Shown: positions 14,100 through 22,445 of the stretch, piece by piece
Layout of the letters: each line of letters starts with the position of its first letter
Position numbering within the stretch: position 1 is the first letter of the stretch
Source: a virus
Lineage: Duplodnaviria; Caudoviricetes
DNA length: 40,466 nucleotides
IMG/VR virus record: IMGVR_UViG_3300031260_000012
Coordinates: 1-40,466 of that record
Strand: one strand, 5' to 3'
Position numbers and translations under genes: made by a program
The notes under the pieces: model-generated
The model's database searches: none
Told to the model about the DNA's origin: nothing
What the model saw: the letters and a program-made list of their open reading frames with translations, nothing else

Positions 14100-14411
14100 A
14101 TGGCTGAATTACTACCGTGCCCGTTTTGTGGCGGGGATGCTAAATTAGGGGAAAACTTTGGAAGAATGGCCGTCAACTGTACATGGTGTGAAGCGTCTTT
14201 ACGCAGCAACGAAGTTTGCGGTGATGGGTCTGATGTGGTCGAGAGGTGGAACACCCGCAACGATGAGGCCGCCCGACAAGAAGAGCGGGATAGATGTGCC
14301 GATTATATTCAATTACAAGCTCAAGCGTATAGAACCGGGACTCCATTAGGAGACAAGCTTTACAAATTAGCAAAATCCATCCGCGACATGGAGGATGATA
14401 AGAAATGCTGA
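14100..14411 (+). CDS. Lar-family restriction alleviation-like Zn-finger protein
   Basis: ELLPCPFCGG...CTWC...WNTR. Confidence 0.75.
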   Translation: MAELLPCPFCGGDAKLGENFGRMAVNCTWCEASLRSNEVCGDGSDVVERWNTRNDEAARQEERDRCADYIQLQAQAYRTGTPLGDKLYKLAKSIRDMEDDKKC

Positions 14412-14743
14412 AACTTGACTTTTCAAAAACAATTTACAATCAACTTGCGTCAGCCGCACTTGATGAAATAAAAGATCATCCTCACACAGAAGATGAAATC
14501 AGATGGTATTTATCGGGAATAGCTTTTGTAGCAGCTAATTTTTTCTCTGTCAGGCAGCAGATAAGACAAGAAGAGCGGGAGACGATAAAAGAATTGATCA
14601 ATGAGTTCTTTGATATCTATGAATCTGATGGAGTAGAGTTCTGGGTAGAGATTGATTCAGAGGATGGAGCGGAAAACATATACAAACGTTTTCAGAGTTG
14701 GAAAGAGAGAGCTGAAGCAATCCGCAAGCGAGGGGAGAAATGA
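14405..14743 (+). CDS. Hypothetical protein
   Basis: Coupled ORF in operon. Confidence 0.7.
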   Translation: MLKLDFSKTIYNQLASAALDEIKDHPHTEDEIRWYLSGIAFVAANFFSVRQQIRQEERETIKELINEFFDIYESDGVEFWVEIDSEDGAENIYKRFQSWKERAEAIRKRGEK

Positions 14744-14973
14744 AAATAGTAGGATATATGTGTTCAACGCCACTCTACGAATACAACGGATGGACGTTTG
14801 AATATAACCAATACCACACAGGCCCCTGGCCGGTCCGCAAAGACGGAGAATTGTATAAGCGATGTGGCGACAAGTTTTATAATGACATTGATGGCTTCCT
14901 GAAAATGTCGCAGGACGAGCGCAATAAACACAGAGTAGGCGGCGGTTGTGATCCGCTTGTGAGGGAGGAATAG
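14740..14973 (+). CDS. Hypothetical protein
   Basis: ATGA coupling, RBS. Confidence 0.7.
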   Translation: MKIVGYMCSTPLYEYNGWTFEYNQYHTGPWPVRKDGELYKRCGDKFYNDIDGFLKMSQDERNKHRVGGGCDPLVREE

Positions 14974-15249
14974 ATGAGTAAATGCAATTGCAAAGTCTGC
15001 CAGTACAGCAGAAAATATGACAGGATGATTGAAAGAATAAAAGACCCACCGGCGAAAGAGTTTTTTGAAGACCTGTATGACCGCTATCTTATGGAATCAG
15101 AAGAACGTGACATGCTGGAAAATCTTGCACTACCACGCGAGAAGAAAAAGCGGGAAGATTTAATAACTGCATTTAATGCAGTAATTTCAGCATGCAGCAA
15201 CCCGGAAGAAATAACGTTACTGTTTGAGAATGCAAGGAATAAACTATGA
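14974..15249 (+). CDS. Hypothetical protein
   Basis: GGAGG RBS; CxCxxC N-terminus. Confidence 0.7.
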   Translation: MSKCNCKVCQYSRKYDRMIERIKDPPAKEFFEDLYDRYLMESEERDMLENLALPREKKKREDLITAFNAVISACSNPEEITLLFENARNKL

Positions 15250-15647
15250 CACCGCTTGAAAGCTATGAACCAGGAACAGATATCCGGCCATTCCTTCACA
15301 AAATATCCCAGCCGCCTAAAAAAGAATCATCACACCAGGGAGGAGTAAAGGTCCATGAAAAAGATTATGATAAAAAATATATAAATATGAAAAAAGCGGT
15401 TGCGGCACAGAGAAAGATTGCACTCGAAAAAGGAAACGAGCTTCGAGAGTACCGTATGAAAAAAGAAATCAATATAAACGATTTAGCGAAAAAATTAGGA
15501 TGTGCAAGCAAAACAATCATTGTTGCTGAAACTACAACCGGCGTATTGACGCAGAAGCAAGTTTATAAACTACAACCATTTTACGGAGATCTTGTGAATC
15601 ACTTTTTAACGGTAAGGGGGGAAGATTGGAAGACGCTGCAGAAATAA
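15246..15647 (+). CDS. XRE-type HTH protein
   Basis: LREYRMKKEININDLAKKLGCASKTIIVAE. Confidence 0.7.
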   Translation: MTPLESYEPGTDIRPFLHKISQPPKKESSHQGGVKVHEKDYDKKYINMKKAVAAQRKIALEKGNELREYRMKKEININDLAKKLGCASKTIIVAETTTGVLTQKQVYKLQPFYGDLVNHFLTVRGEDWKTLQK

Positions 15648-15704
15648 AAAAACTTATCGAGGCGATGATTGAACGATTATCAAATATTTTAGAGGGAGAA
15701 AATA

Positions 15705-15977
15705 ATGCAGGAAAATAACGATCAATGCGGAGCGCTTTGGATCAAGGAAGGTCAGCGCGGAAAATACATGTCAGGCGTAATTGAAATAAACGGAGAGAAA
15801 ATAAATATCGTTGTATTTAAAAATGGATATAAAAAAGAGGACAAGCATCCTGATTATAGAATATTAAAATCACGGCCGAAAAGTGAACAGTACGGAAATT
15901 CCGAACAGTTGCCGGACAAACAATTCCAGCCGGAAAGTAAGGAGAGCGGATATGAAGACGATCAAATTCCTTTTTAA
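15705..15977 (+). CDS. Putative single-stranded DNA-binding protein
   Basis: GALW...KYMSG.I...K.PDY core with acidic DDQIPF SSB-type tail. Confidence 0.7.
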   Translation: MQENNDQCGALWIKEGQRGKYMSGVIEINGEKINIVVFKNGYKKEDKHPDYRILKSRPKSEQYGNSEQLPDKQFQPESKESGYEDDQIPF

Positions 15978-16392
15978 TTTTCTAATTGTTTTAATATTTC
16001 TTATTTCCTGCAGCTCAGGAGGAGCGGGGACCACTGCGACAGACACAGAGCCGGAAGAGGACCCGCCTGTAGAAATTGAACAGGACTATGAATTATTCGG
16101 GTTCTGGACTGATCCGCATAAAACGCGGGAATTCGTATTTTCTGAACTCGGAGCATATTACACCGATGCAGGCTACTTTGTTGATAAGCCAGATACCGTT
16201 ATTTACAACAGCATGGAGTGGCACACCGACAAGGCGCAGTGGAAGTTATACATGACCGACAGGGATACCGGGCAGGAATACGTCCGTGATTATTACGTTG
16301 TTTATTATGGCCACTTGCACCCGGATAATCTCTTATACATGAAGGAAGAATCATCGTCTACTTTTACGCTATGGGAAAAGATTGTCTATTGA
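15952..16392 (+). CDS. Putative lipoprotein
   Basis: MKTIKFLFNFLIVLIFLISC-SSGG, flexible acidic tether; AAGGAG RBS. Confidence 0.8.
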   Translation: MKTIKFLFNFLIVLIFLISCSSGGAGTTATDTEPEEDPPVEIEQDYELFGFWTDPHKTREFVFSELGAYYTDAGYFVDKPDTVIYNSMEWHTDKAQWKLYMTDRDTGQEYVRDYYVVYYGHLHPDNLLYMKEESSSTFTLWEKIVY

Positions 16393-16417
16393 TTTTAGTT
16401 TAGGACTGTGGTAAATT
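16389..16417 (+). promoter_or_regulatory. Putative promoter of replication operon leader
   Basis: TTGATT-17 nt-TAAATT with TGn extension. Confidence 0.55.
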
Positions 16418-16580
16418 ACTGGTGTCGCGTGAATCTGCCGATAAGCGCGGCGCCGGTGTTACCGGTAAACAGTAGGGACAGCCTCTTATTATATGTGGCC
16501 CTGTCCCTTGATCTAAGGTTTCCTACTACCTTTTTTCATTCGGGAAGGCAGCGGGGCCATGTATAATAAGGGGTTTTTTT
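16418..16580 (+). ncRNA. Structured leader RNA with 24-bp G-U-rich helix and U-tract
   Basis: 16481-16504 pairs fully with 16551-16574 when G-U is allowed; followed by T-run and ATG; further hairpins upstream and inside. Confidence 0.7.
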
Positions 16581-16781
16581 ATGTCAGAACAAAACAAAGA
16601 AAGAGATTACTTGCTCGTCGAGGTGGAGGATCTTTTTAAGAAGTATCAAATACTAATAAATAACAAAGAAGAGTTTGTAAATATAAAAAGGTATGTGCTT
16701 AATACCTACGGTGAAACTGCGGAAATTAAGAAGGTTTTACTCGTTAATATCAAAGAACAATCTACACTGTTTGAGGCTTGA
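16581..16781 (+). CDS. Hypothetical protein (66 aa)
   Basis: First ORF after the leader RNA. Confidence 0.6.
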   Translation: MSEQNKERDYLLVEVEDLFKKYQILINNKEEFVNIKRYVLNTYGETAEIKKVLLVNIKEQSTLFEA

Positions 16782-16783
16782 GT

Positions 16784-17512
16784 ATGGACTGGTTTAAACA
16801 TGATACAACCGCTTTGAATGATGCTAAATTGAAGAAGATCATAAAGAACTATGGAGTGACAGGGTACGCTATTTATTTCCACTGCCTTGAGCTTATAGCC
16901 GGGAACGTGAATAAAAGTAACATAACATTTGAGCTTGAACATGACAGCGAAATAATAGCCGATGACTTAAGGATAATGGGCAATGGCGACAAATCAGGCC
17001 AGCAAATCGTAGAAGAAATAATGCGATACATGGTCAGTCTTGATCTTTTCCAATCGATTGATAATCGTATTTTCTGCTTTAAATTACTAAAAAGAATGGA
17101 TCAGTCCATGACATCTAATAGAGATTTTAGAAAAATGATAGTAAAAGCGAAGGAAAATCATGATATCGTCATGATAGAGTCATGTCAGAATCATGGCGAC
17201 GTCATGAAAGAAGAGATAAGAAGAGATAAGAATAGAAAAGAAGAGAAGAGAATAGATATAACAAACAAAAACCAACACCTTGATCATGTTTACCTTACTG
17301 AAGATGAATACAACAGGATTGTCTCAGATTACGGAGAAGACGAAACGAACAGGATGATTCAGAAACTCGACACATACCTTGAGGATCACCCGGAAAAACG
17401 TATCGACGGAAAGAAGCCGTATCATAGCCACAATAAGACCATGCGGACCTGGGCTAACAGCGACAAGAAAGACCAGAACGTAAGCACAAGAAAAGGAACG
17501 GTTATTGTATGA
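16784..17512 (+). CDS. Phage replication initiator / replisome organiser
   Basis: WFKHD..A.ND.KL...YG..GYAIYF..LE N-terminal domain; low-complexity EEIRRDKNR linker; C-terminal V.LTEDEY..Y....RTW domain; contains iterons. Confidence 0.8.
   Translation: MDWFKHDTTALNDAKLKKIIKNYGVTGYAIYFHCLELIAGNVNKSNITFELEHDSEIIADDLRIMGNGDKSGQQIVEEIMRYMVSLDLFQSIDNRIFCFKLLKRMDQSMTSNRDFRKMIVKAKENHDIVMIESCQNHGDVMKEEIRRDKNRKEEKRIDITNKNQHLDHVYLTEDEYNRIVSDYGEDETNRMIQKLDTYLEDHPEKRIDGKKPYHSHNKTMRTWANSDKKDQNVSTRKGTVIV
17158..17260. other. Candidate replication origin (iterons + purine tract)
   Basis: TCATG at 17158, 17169, 17180, 17191, 17202 (exact 11-bp phasing), followed by an A/G-rich tract. Confidence 0.65.
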
Positions 17513-17769
17513 CACTCGAACAGTTGAAAGATAACATAGCGGCATACTACGGAGAATATAAAAATGATTTTGTTCGAGACACTGCCTATGCTTATCTTGA
17601 AAAATACCCGAACGATTATGAAAAACTATGGAAAGAGATAATCCGTACATGCAGTTATATTTATAACAAACCGCCTGATGTTTATTTCTTTGAGATTGCG
17701 AATAGAAAAGTAAGAGAGTTAAACAAAGACGATGACTGGCTCATGAAAGAAATCAGGAAAGCGGAATGA
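17509..17769 (+). CDS. Hypothetical protein (possible helicase loader/adaptor)
   Basis: Coupled between initiator and helicase; function from position only. Confidence 0.6.
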   Translation: MTLEQLKDNIAAYYGEYKNDFVRDTAYAYLEKYPNDYEKLWKEIIRTCSYIYNKPPDVYFFEIANRKVRELNKDDDWLMKEIRKAE

Positions 17770-19481
17770 ACGTACAGGAATATCTTACAAAAAAAGGATA
17801 TGACTATAACGTCATAAACAGACCTGCAGGGCCACAAGCAGTTATGAACTGCCCTAAGTGCGGAGACCGGGAAAAAAAGTTTTCTATAAATACTGAGACA
17901 GGCGCTTTTAATTGTATGCATCTTAATAACTGCGGATGGAAAGGATCATTCAGGGATTTTCAAATATTCCATAACGATGAGCCTACAGGTTTAATAGGTG
18001 ACAATAATTTTTCAGTTAAAAAAAGGGAATATGATATACCGAAGAAAAAAACAGAGGATGTAAACAAGGAAATATATATCTGGTTTAATAAGCGCGGTAT
18101 ATCGAAAAATACTGTTGATCATTTTCGTATTGGAAAATATCAGAATCAGATAGCCTTTAAGTTTTATGAAAATGGCGTATTTAAGAATTGTAAATATCGA
18201 GACATGAAAGAAAAGAAATTCCACCAGGAAAAGAACGCTGCACCAGTATTATACAACCGCGATAATGTACCGGAAGAATCGGAAGAGCTTATTATCTGCG
18301 AGGGTGAAATTGACGCTTTAACATGGCATCAGTACGGGTTTCATTCCGTTGTATCTATCAATTCAGGGGCGAACGACAAGCGATGGATTGAATATAATTT
18401 CAAATGGCTTGAACGATTCAAAAAGATATTTTTATCAATGGACATGGATGAAGCTGGACGGAAAGAAGTTGAAGAAATATCGAATAGGCTTGGGGCATGG
18501 CGGGTTTATGATATTGAATTGCCTTATAAAGATTGTAATGAATGCCTACAAAATAAAGTTGATAAGGAAACAATTACAAACGCTCTATTAAACGCAAAAG
18601 GATTTGACAGGGAAGAAATAGTCTGTGCCGTTGAATACAAAGAGCTTATAATAAAAAATATGCTTGAACCTGAAAAAGACTACGGGAGAAAAACGGGAAT
18701 AGAGCTTCTTGATAATAAACTAAAAGGGTGGAGAGGTGGAGAAATAACAGTTTGGACGGGAAGGAACGGATCAGGAAAAACAACAGCGATAATGGAAGTT
18801 TTAATTCTTGATATTATCAACGAAGCAAAAAAAGGCAATCTATTACCTGGATGCTTAGGGTCTTTTGAAATGAGGCCAGAAGTTTTGTTATCATGGGGTA
18901 CTCTTCAGTTACAATATTTAAATGGTCACATAAGAAATCCTGATGGAATAACAAGATTAGAAATAGAAAAACTTATCGAGAGTATTTTCTGGCAGATGTA
19001 CGTGATAAATATTAAAGACGTAATCAGTGAGGATATGTTATTTGATCTTTACGAGTTTGCAGCCCAGAAATACGGATGTAAAGTTTTTATCCTTGATAGC
19101 CTTATGCGCGTAAGATTGAAAAATAAAAAAGACAAGTACGAAGGACAGGCACACTTTATGGATCGTCTTGCGCGTTTCGCTGATAAATTTGACTGCCATG
19201 TTCATCTTGTTGTACATCCGCGAAAAGGAGAAAAGGATACTGATGCACCAGATTCTTCAGCTGTAAAGGGTGCCGGAGAAATAACAGATATAGCTCACAA
19301 TGTAATTTCAATATATAGACTATCAGACGATCAAGTTGAGAAAATAGCAAACGAATTAAACATATCAAAAAGTAACGCGCCGACAAGTTTATGGCATTTA
19401 CACAAGAACAGGATGCACGGCCTAACAGGATCAAAAAGAATGATTTTTGACGAACAATACAAAATATTCAAGGAGTTTTAA
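17766..19481 (+). CDS. T7 gp4/Twinkle-like primase-helicase
   Basis: CPKC..C..C Zn domain, EGEIDA and DMDEAG TOPRIM, GRNGSGKT Walker A, ILDSL, HPRK, KNR. Confidence 0.93.
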   Translation: MNVQEYLTKKGYDYNVINRPAGPQAVMNCPKCGDREKKFSINTETGAFNCMHLNNCGWKGSFRDFQIFHNDEPTGLIGDNNFSVKKREYDIPKKKTEDVNKEIYIWFNKRGISKNTVDHFRIGKYQNQIAFKFYENGVFKNCKYRDMKEKKFHQEKNAAPVLYNRDNVPEESEELIICEGEIDALTWHQYGFHSVVSINSGANDKRWIEYNFKWLERFKKIFLSMDMDEAGRKEVEEISNRLGAWRVYDIELPYKDCNECLQNKVDKETITNALLNAKGFDREEIVCAVEYKELIIKNMLEPEKDYGRKTGIELLDNKLKGWRGGEITVWTGRNGSGKTTAIMEVLILDIINEAKKGNLLPGCLGSFEMRPEVLLSWGTLQLQYLNGHIRNPDGITRLEIEKLIESIFWQMYVINIKDVISEDMLFDLYEFAAQKYGCKVFILDSLMRVRLKNKKDKYEGQAHFMDRLARFADKFDCHVHLVVHPRKGEKDTDAPDSSAVKGAGEITDIAHNVISIYRLSDDQVEKIANELNISKSNAPTSLWHLHKNRMHGLTGSKRMIFDEQYKIFKEF

Positions 19482-19483
19482 CA

Positions 19484-19708
19484 ATGACAATGGCAATCGT
19501 AATTGAACAGTTATTGACAGCTAAGGCACAGGGACGGGAGATAGTAGGGATTGAAGCTGGAAGTAATTTCAAGGTTATGTTGTGCAATGAATACAGAACG
19601 ATGAAACTGCCTGAAAGTGTAAAGGAAACGTTCTGCGGTTTGCCGATTACATGGAATTATGAGATTGATAACTACCAGTTTATCGAGCAGGTAGCGTTTA
19701 ATTTTTGA
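19484..19708 (+). CDS. Hypothetical protein
   Basis: AAGGAG RBS. Confidence 0.7.
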   Translation: MTMAIVIEQLLTAKAQGREIVGIEAGSNFKVMLCNEYRTMKLPESVKETFCGLPITWNYEIDNYQFIEQVAFNF

Positions 19709-19717
19709 GGATCTAAA

Positions 19718-20269
19718 ATGAAAGTAGCAGTATTATGTGAATATAGCGGAATCGTTCGGGACGCTTTTATCAAACAAGGGCACAATGCAATTAGTTGCGA
19801 TATTCTTCCGACAGAATCAGATGGTCCTCACATTCAAGGTAATTTATTTGATTATGACTGGAGCGGTTACGATCTTATAATAGCGCATCCTCCGTGTACT
19901 TATATCGCAGTTTCTGGAAACCGTTATTATGCAGGAACAGAAAAGCGAAAAAAGGCTGCCGAGTTTATTCGCATGATATGGGATATTCCAGTTGATAAAA
20001 TGTGCATAGAAAACCCTGTAGGGCAAATAAACAAGTATTTACCTTTTATGCCAAAACCGCAGTATATACAGCCTTGGCAATTTGGACATGGGGAAACTAA
20101 AAAAACAGGATTATGGAAAAGGGGGCTACCTGATCTTATGCCTACAAATATTGTAGAAGGTAGGGAACAAAGAATATGGAAAATGCCGCCGTCTAAAGAT
20201 CGCGGAAAAATAAGGTCACGTTTTTATGAAGGAATTGCAGAAGCTATGGCTATTCAGTGGACCACTTGA
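19718..20269 (+). CDS. Short DNA cytosine methyltransferase-like protein
   Basis: CEYSG, SCDI, HPPCT catalytic, IENP motifs. Confidence 0.75.
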   Translation: MKVAVLCEYSGIVRDAFIKQGHNAISCDILPTESDGPHIQGNLFDYDWSGYDLIIAHPPCTYIAVSGNRYYAGTEKRKKAAEFIRMIWDIPVDKMCIENPVGQINKYLPFMPKPQYIQPWQFGHGETKKTGLWKRGLPDLMPTNIVEGREQRIWKMPPSKDRGKIRSRFYEGIAEAMAIQWTT

Positions 20270-20294
20270 AAATAAACACATAGGGCGGTATTAT
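20266..20294 (+). promoter_or_regulatory. Putative leaderless promoter
   Basis: TTGAAA-17-TATTAT-7 nt-ATG(20302). Confidence 0.6.
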
Positions 20295-20301
20295 TTTAGG
20301 T

Positions 20302-20796
20302 ATGGCAGAGCTAACGACTAATGACAATCTATATGATATATTTAATAGTAAAAATCATTTCAAAAATGAAAAACATATGTCGGATTACATAGAAGATAAT
20401 ATAAGGTTATTTTGTAAAGAAATTCTTGAAGACGAATATATAACCCATAGCAGAGAATATGTATTTGAATCTGGATGGCGAAAGAGGAACGGAAACAGTG
20501 TAAAAAAAGGAGAACACAATACAAGACTTGATTTTCTGATTATTTGTAAAAATGATAATTATGCTGTAGAAGTGAAAAATCCAAAACAAATTAGAAGTTC
20601 TCTTGTTAACGCTATATCTCAGATTATGAATTATCAATACGAGATAGAAAAAAGAAGTATAAGGGCGTCGCTTGTTTTAGTTTCTTCTAAACATTCTGTA
20701 AGATTCGTTGAACTTGTACGGCATTTCGGACTTAAATTTAGATACATATTATTCAATAAGGATTATTCAGCAGAATATGAATGGATTAACGACTAA
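20302..20796 (+). CDS. PD-(D/E)XK-fold nuclease-like protein, AT-rich
   Basis: E...REY...RLDFL...VEVK...AISQIMNY pattern. Confidence 0.7.
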   Translation: MAELTTNDNLYDIFNSKNHFKNEKHMSDYIEDNIRLFCKEILEDEYITHSREYVFESGWRKRNGNSVKKGEHNTRLDFLIICKNDNYAVEVKNPKQIRSSLVNAISQIMNYQYEIEKRSIRASLVLVSSKHSVRFVELVRHFGLKFRYILFNKDYSAEYEWIND

Positions 20797-21193
20797 ACAA
20801 AAAATATTTATAGCTGAATATCTCAAGGATTTTAACGGTACAAGGGCCGCAATAACTGCAGGATATTCTAAAGATTCTGCCGCCGTGATCGCTCATGAAA
20901 ACTTAAGAAAACCGAATATTGTAAAAGAGATAAGGAAGGCCATTGAAGAGAGCACTGATATAGATTTGATAACCTTAAAACATAGAATATCTGGCGAATT
21001 GTCGAGACTCGCCTTTTCGGATGATGATATATATGCGGTATACAATAAGGATGGAGAACTATCAGGTTATAGATTTTCTGATAAAATAAAAGCACTTGAA
21101 TTACTCGGAAAATATGTTTCTATGTTTACCGACAAATTAGAAATCGAAGGAAATATAAACCTTGTCAGCAACGGCCCAGAAGACGACCTATAA
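20777..21193 (+). CDS. terS: Terminase small subunit
   Basis: LTTKQKIFIAEYLKDFNGTRAAITAGYS...ENLRKP; DKIKALELLGK. Confidence 0.92.
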   Translation: MNGLTTKQKIFIAEYLKDFNGTRAAITAGYSKDSAAVIAHENLRKPNIVKEIRKAIEESTDIDLITLKHRISGELSRLAFSDDDIYAVYNKDGELSGYRFSDKIKALELLGKYVSMFTDKLEIEGNINLVSNGPEDDL

Positions 21194-22406
21194 AAAAATA
21201 GAGCCTACCGTCAAACAGCTTGAAGCGTTAAAAATAATATCAAAAAACAGGGTCACTAATTTAGCCGGCGGCTCACGTTCTGGCAAAACGTTTATAGCTC
21301 TTTATGCAATGATATGGCGGGCATTAAAATATCCACGTACCAGGCAGCTTGTGGCGCGGTTTAGATTCAGCCATGCAAAACAGGCAATATGTTACGATAC
21401 CATGCCGAAGATTTTAGAAATACTAGGTATGCGCGATAAAGTGCGGCTCAATAAAACAGACTGGTTTTATGAATTCCCGAACGGCTCAACTATCTGGATA
21501 GGCGGTCTTGACGATAAAGAGCGGCTTGAAAAAATCCTTGGTAATGAATATTCAACTGTTTTCCTTAATGAGGCAAGCCAGATTTCATATGATGCCTATG
21601 AGATGATTATTACACGGCTTAACCCTCCGCGCGGGATAAAGGGGAAAATAATAATCGACTATAACCCGCCGAGCATTCAGCATTGGGGATACAAAATGTT
21701 TATAAAAAAACAATTCCCGGATGGTAGGCCGCTCCCTGGCGATGATTATGCAAGCATCCTCATGAACCCGCAGGACAACATAGATAATATTTCCGAGGAT
21801 TATATCAAAACGCTTGAAAGCCTGTCGGTAAATAAGCGTAAGCGATTCCTTGAAGGTCAGTATTCAGTTGATAGCGGATCATTATGGAAACGCGGATGGA
21901 TACGGTATGACGATAATATACCGGCTCTATGGCGCGTAGTTGTCGGGGTGGACCCTGCCGGGACGGTAGATGGAGACGAGGTCGGAATTATTGTATCGGG
22001 GCAGTTTGAGGATAAGTATTATATACTCGATGATTATTCCTGCCATGGGACACCGAACGAGTGGGCCGCAGAAGTAGCGGCGGCGTATAACAAATGGGCG
22101 GCCGATGTGGTAGTTGCGGAAAAGAACTACGGCGGGGACATGGTGGAATCGACGATAAAAAACGCACAGCCGACAATCAATGTAAAACTTGTGAACGCTT
22201 CACGCGGGAAGGTTGTCCGTGCAGAACCGATAAGCGCGTTGTATGAGCAGGGGAAAGTATTCCACCGTATACCGTTCATCGAACTTGAAGACGAATTATG
22301 TATATTTGAACCTGGGATGGATCAGTCTCCGAATAGACTTGACGCTATGGTATGGTCAATAACGGAATTAAGCGGGGAAGGATACTCAATGCTTGACGTT
22401 CTTTGA
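21162..22406 (+). CDS. terL: Terminase large subunit
   Basis: GGSRSGKT, FLNEA, YNPP, VGVDPA, SPNRLDA. Confidence 0.95.
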   Translation: MSATAQKTTYKKIEPTVKQLEALKIISKNRVTNLAGGSRSGKTFIALYAMIWRALKYPRTRQLVARFRFSHAKQAICYDTMPKILEILGMRDKVRLNKTDWFYEFPNGSTIWIGGLDDKERLEKILGNEYSTVFLNEASQISYDAYEMIITRLNPPRGIKGKIIIDYNPPSIQHWGYKMFIKKQFPDGRPLPGDDYASILMNPQDNIDNISEDYIKTLESLSVNKRKRFLEGQYSVDSGSLWKRGWIRYDDNIPALWRVVVGVDPAGTVDGDEVGIIVSGQFEDKYYILDDYSCHGTPNEWAAEVAAAYNKWAADVVVAEKNYGGDMVESTIKNAQPTINVKLVNASRGKVVRAEPISALYEQGKVFHRIPFIELEDELCIFEPGMDQSPNRLDAMVWSITELSGEGYSMLDVL

Positions 22407-22410
22407 ACAA

Positions 22411-22439
22411 TTGACCGTATATCAAAATAGGGGTAAGGT
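22411..22439 (+). promoter_or_regulatory. Putative leaderless promoter of portal
   Basis: TTGACC-17-TAAGGT-6 nt-ATG; TAAGG could alternatively act as RBS. Confidence 0.45.
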
Positions 22440-22445
22440 ACAAAC

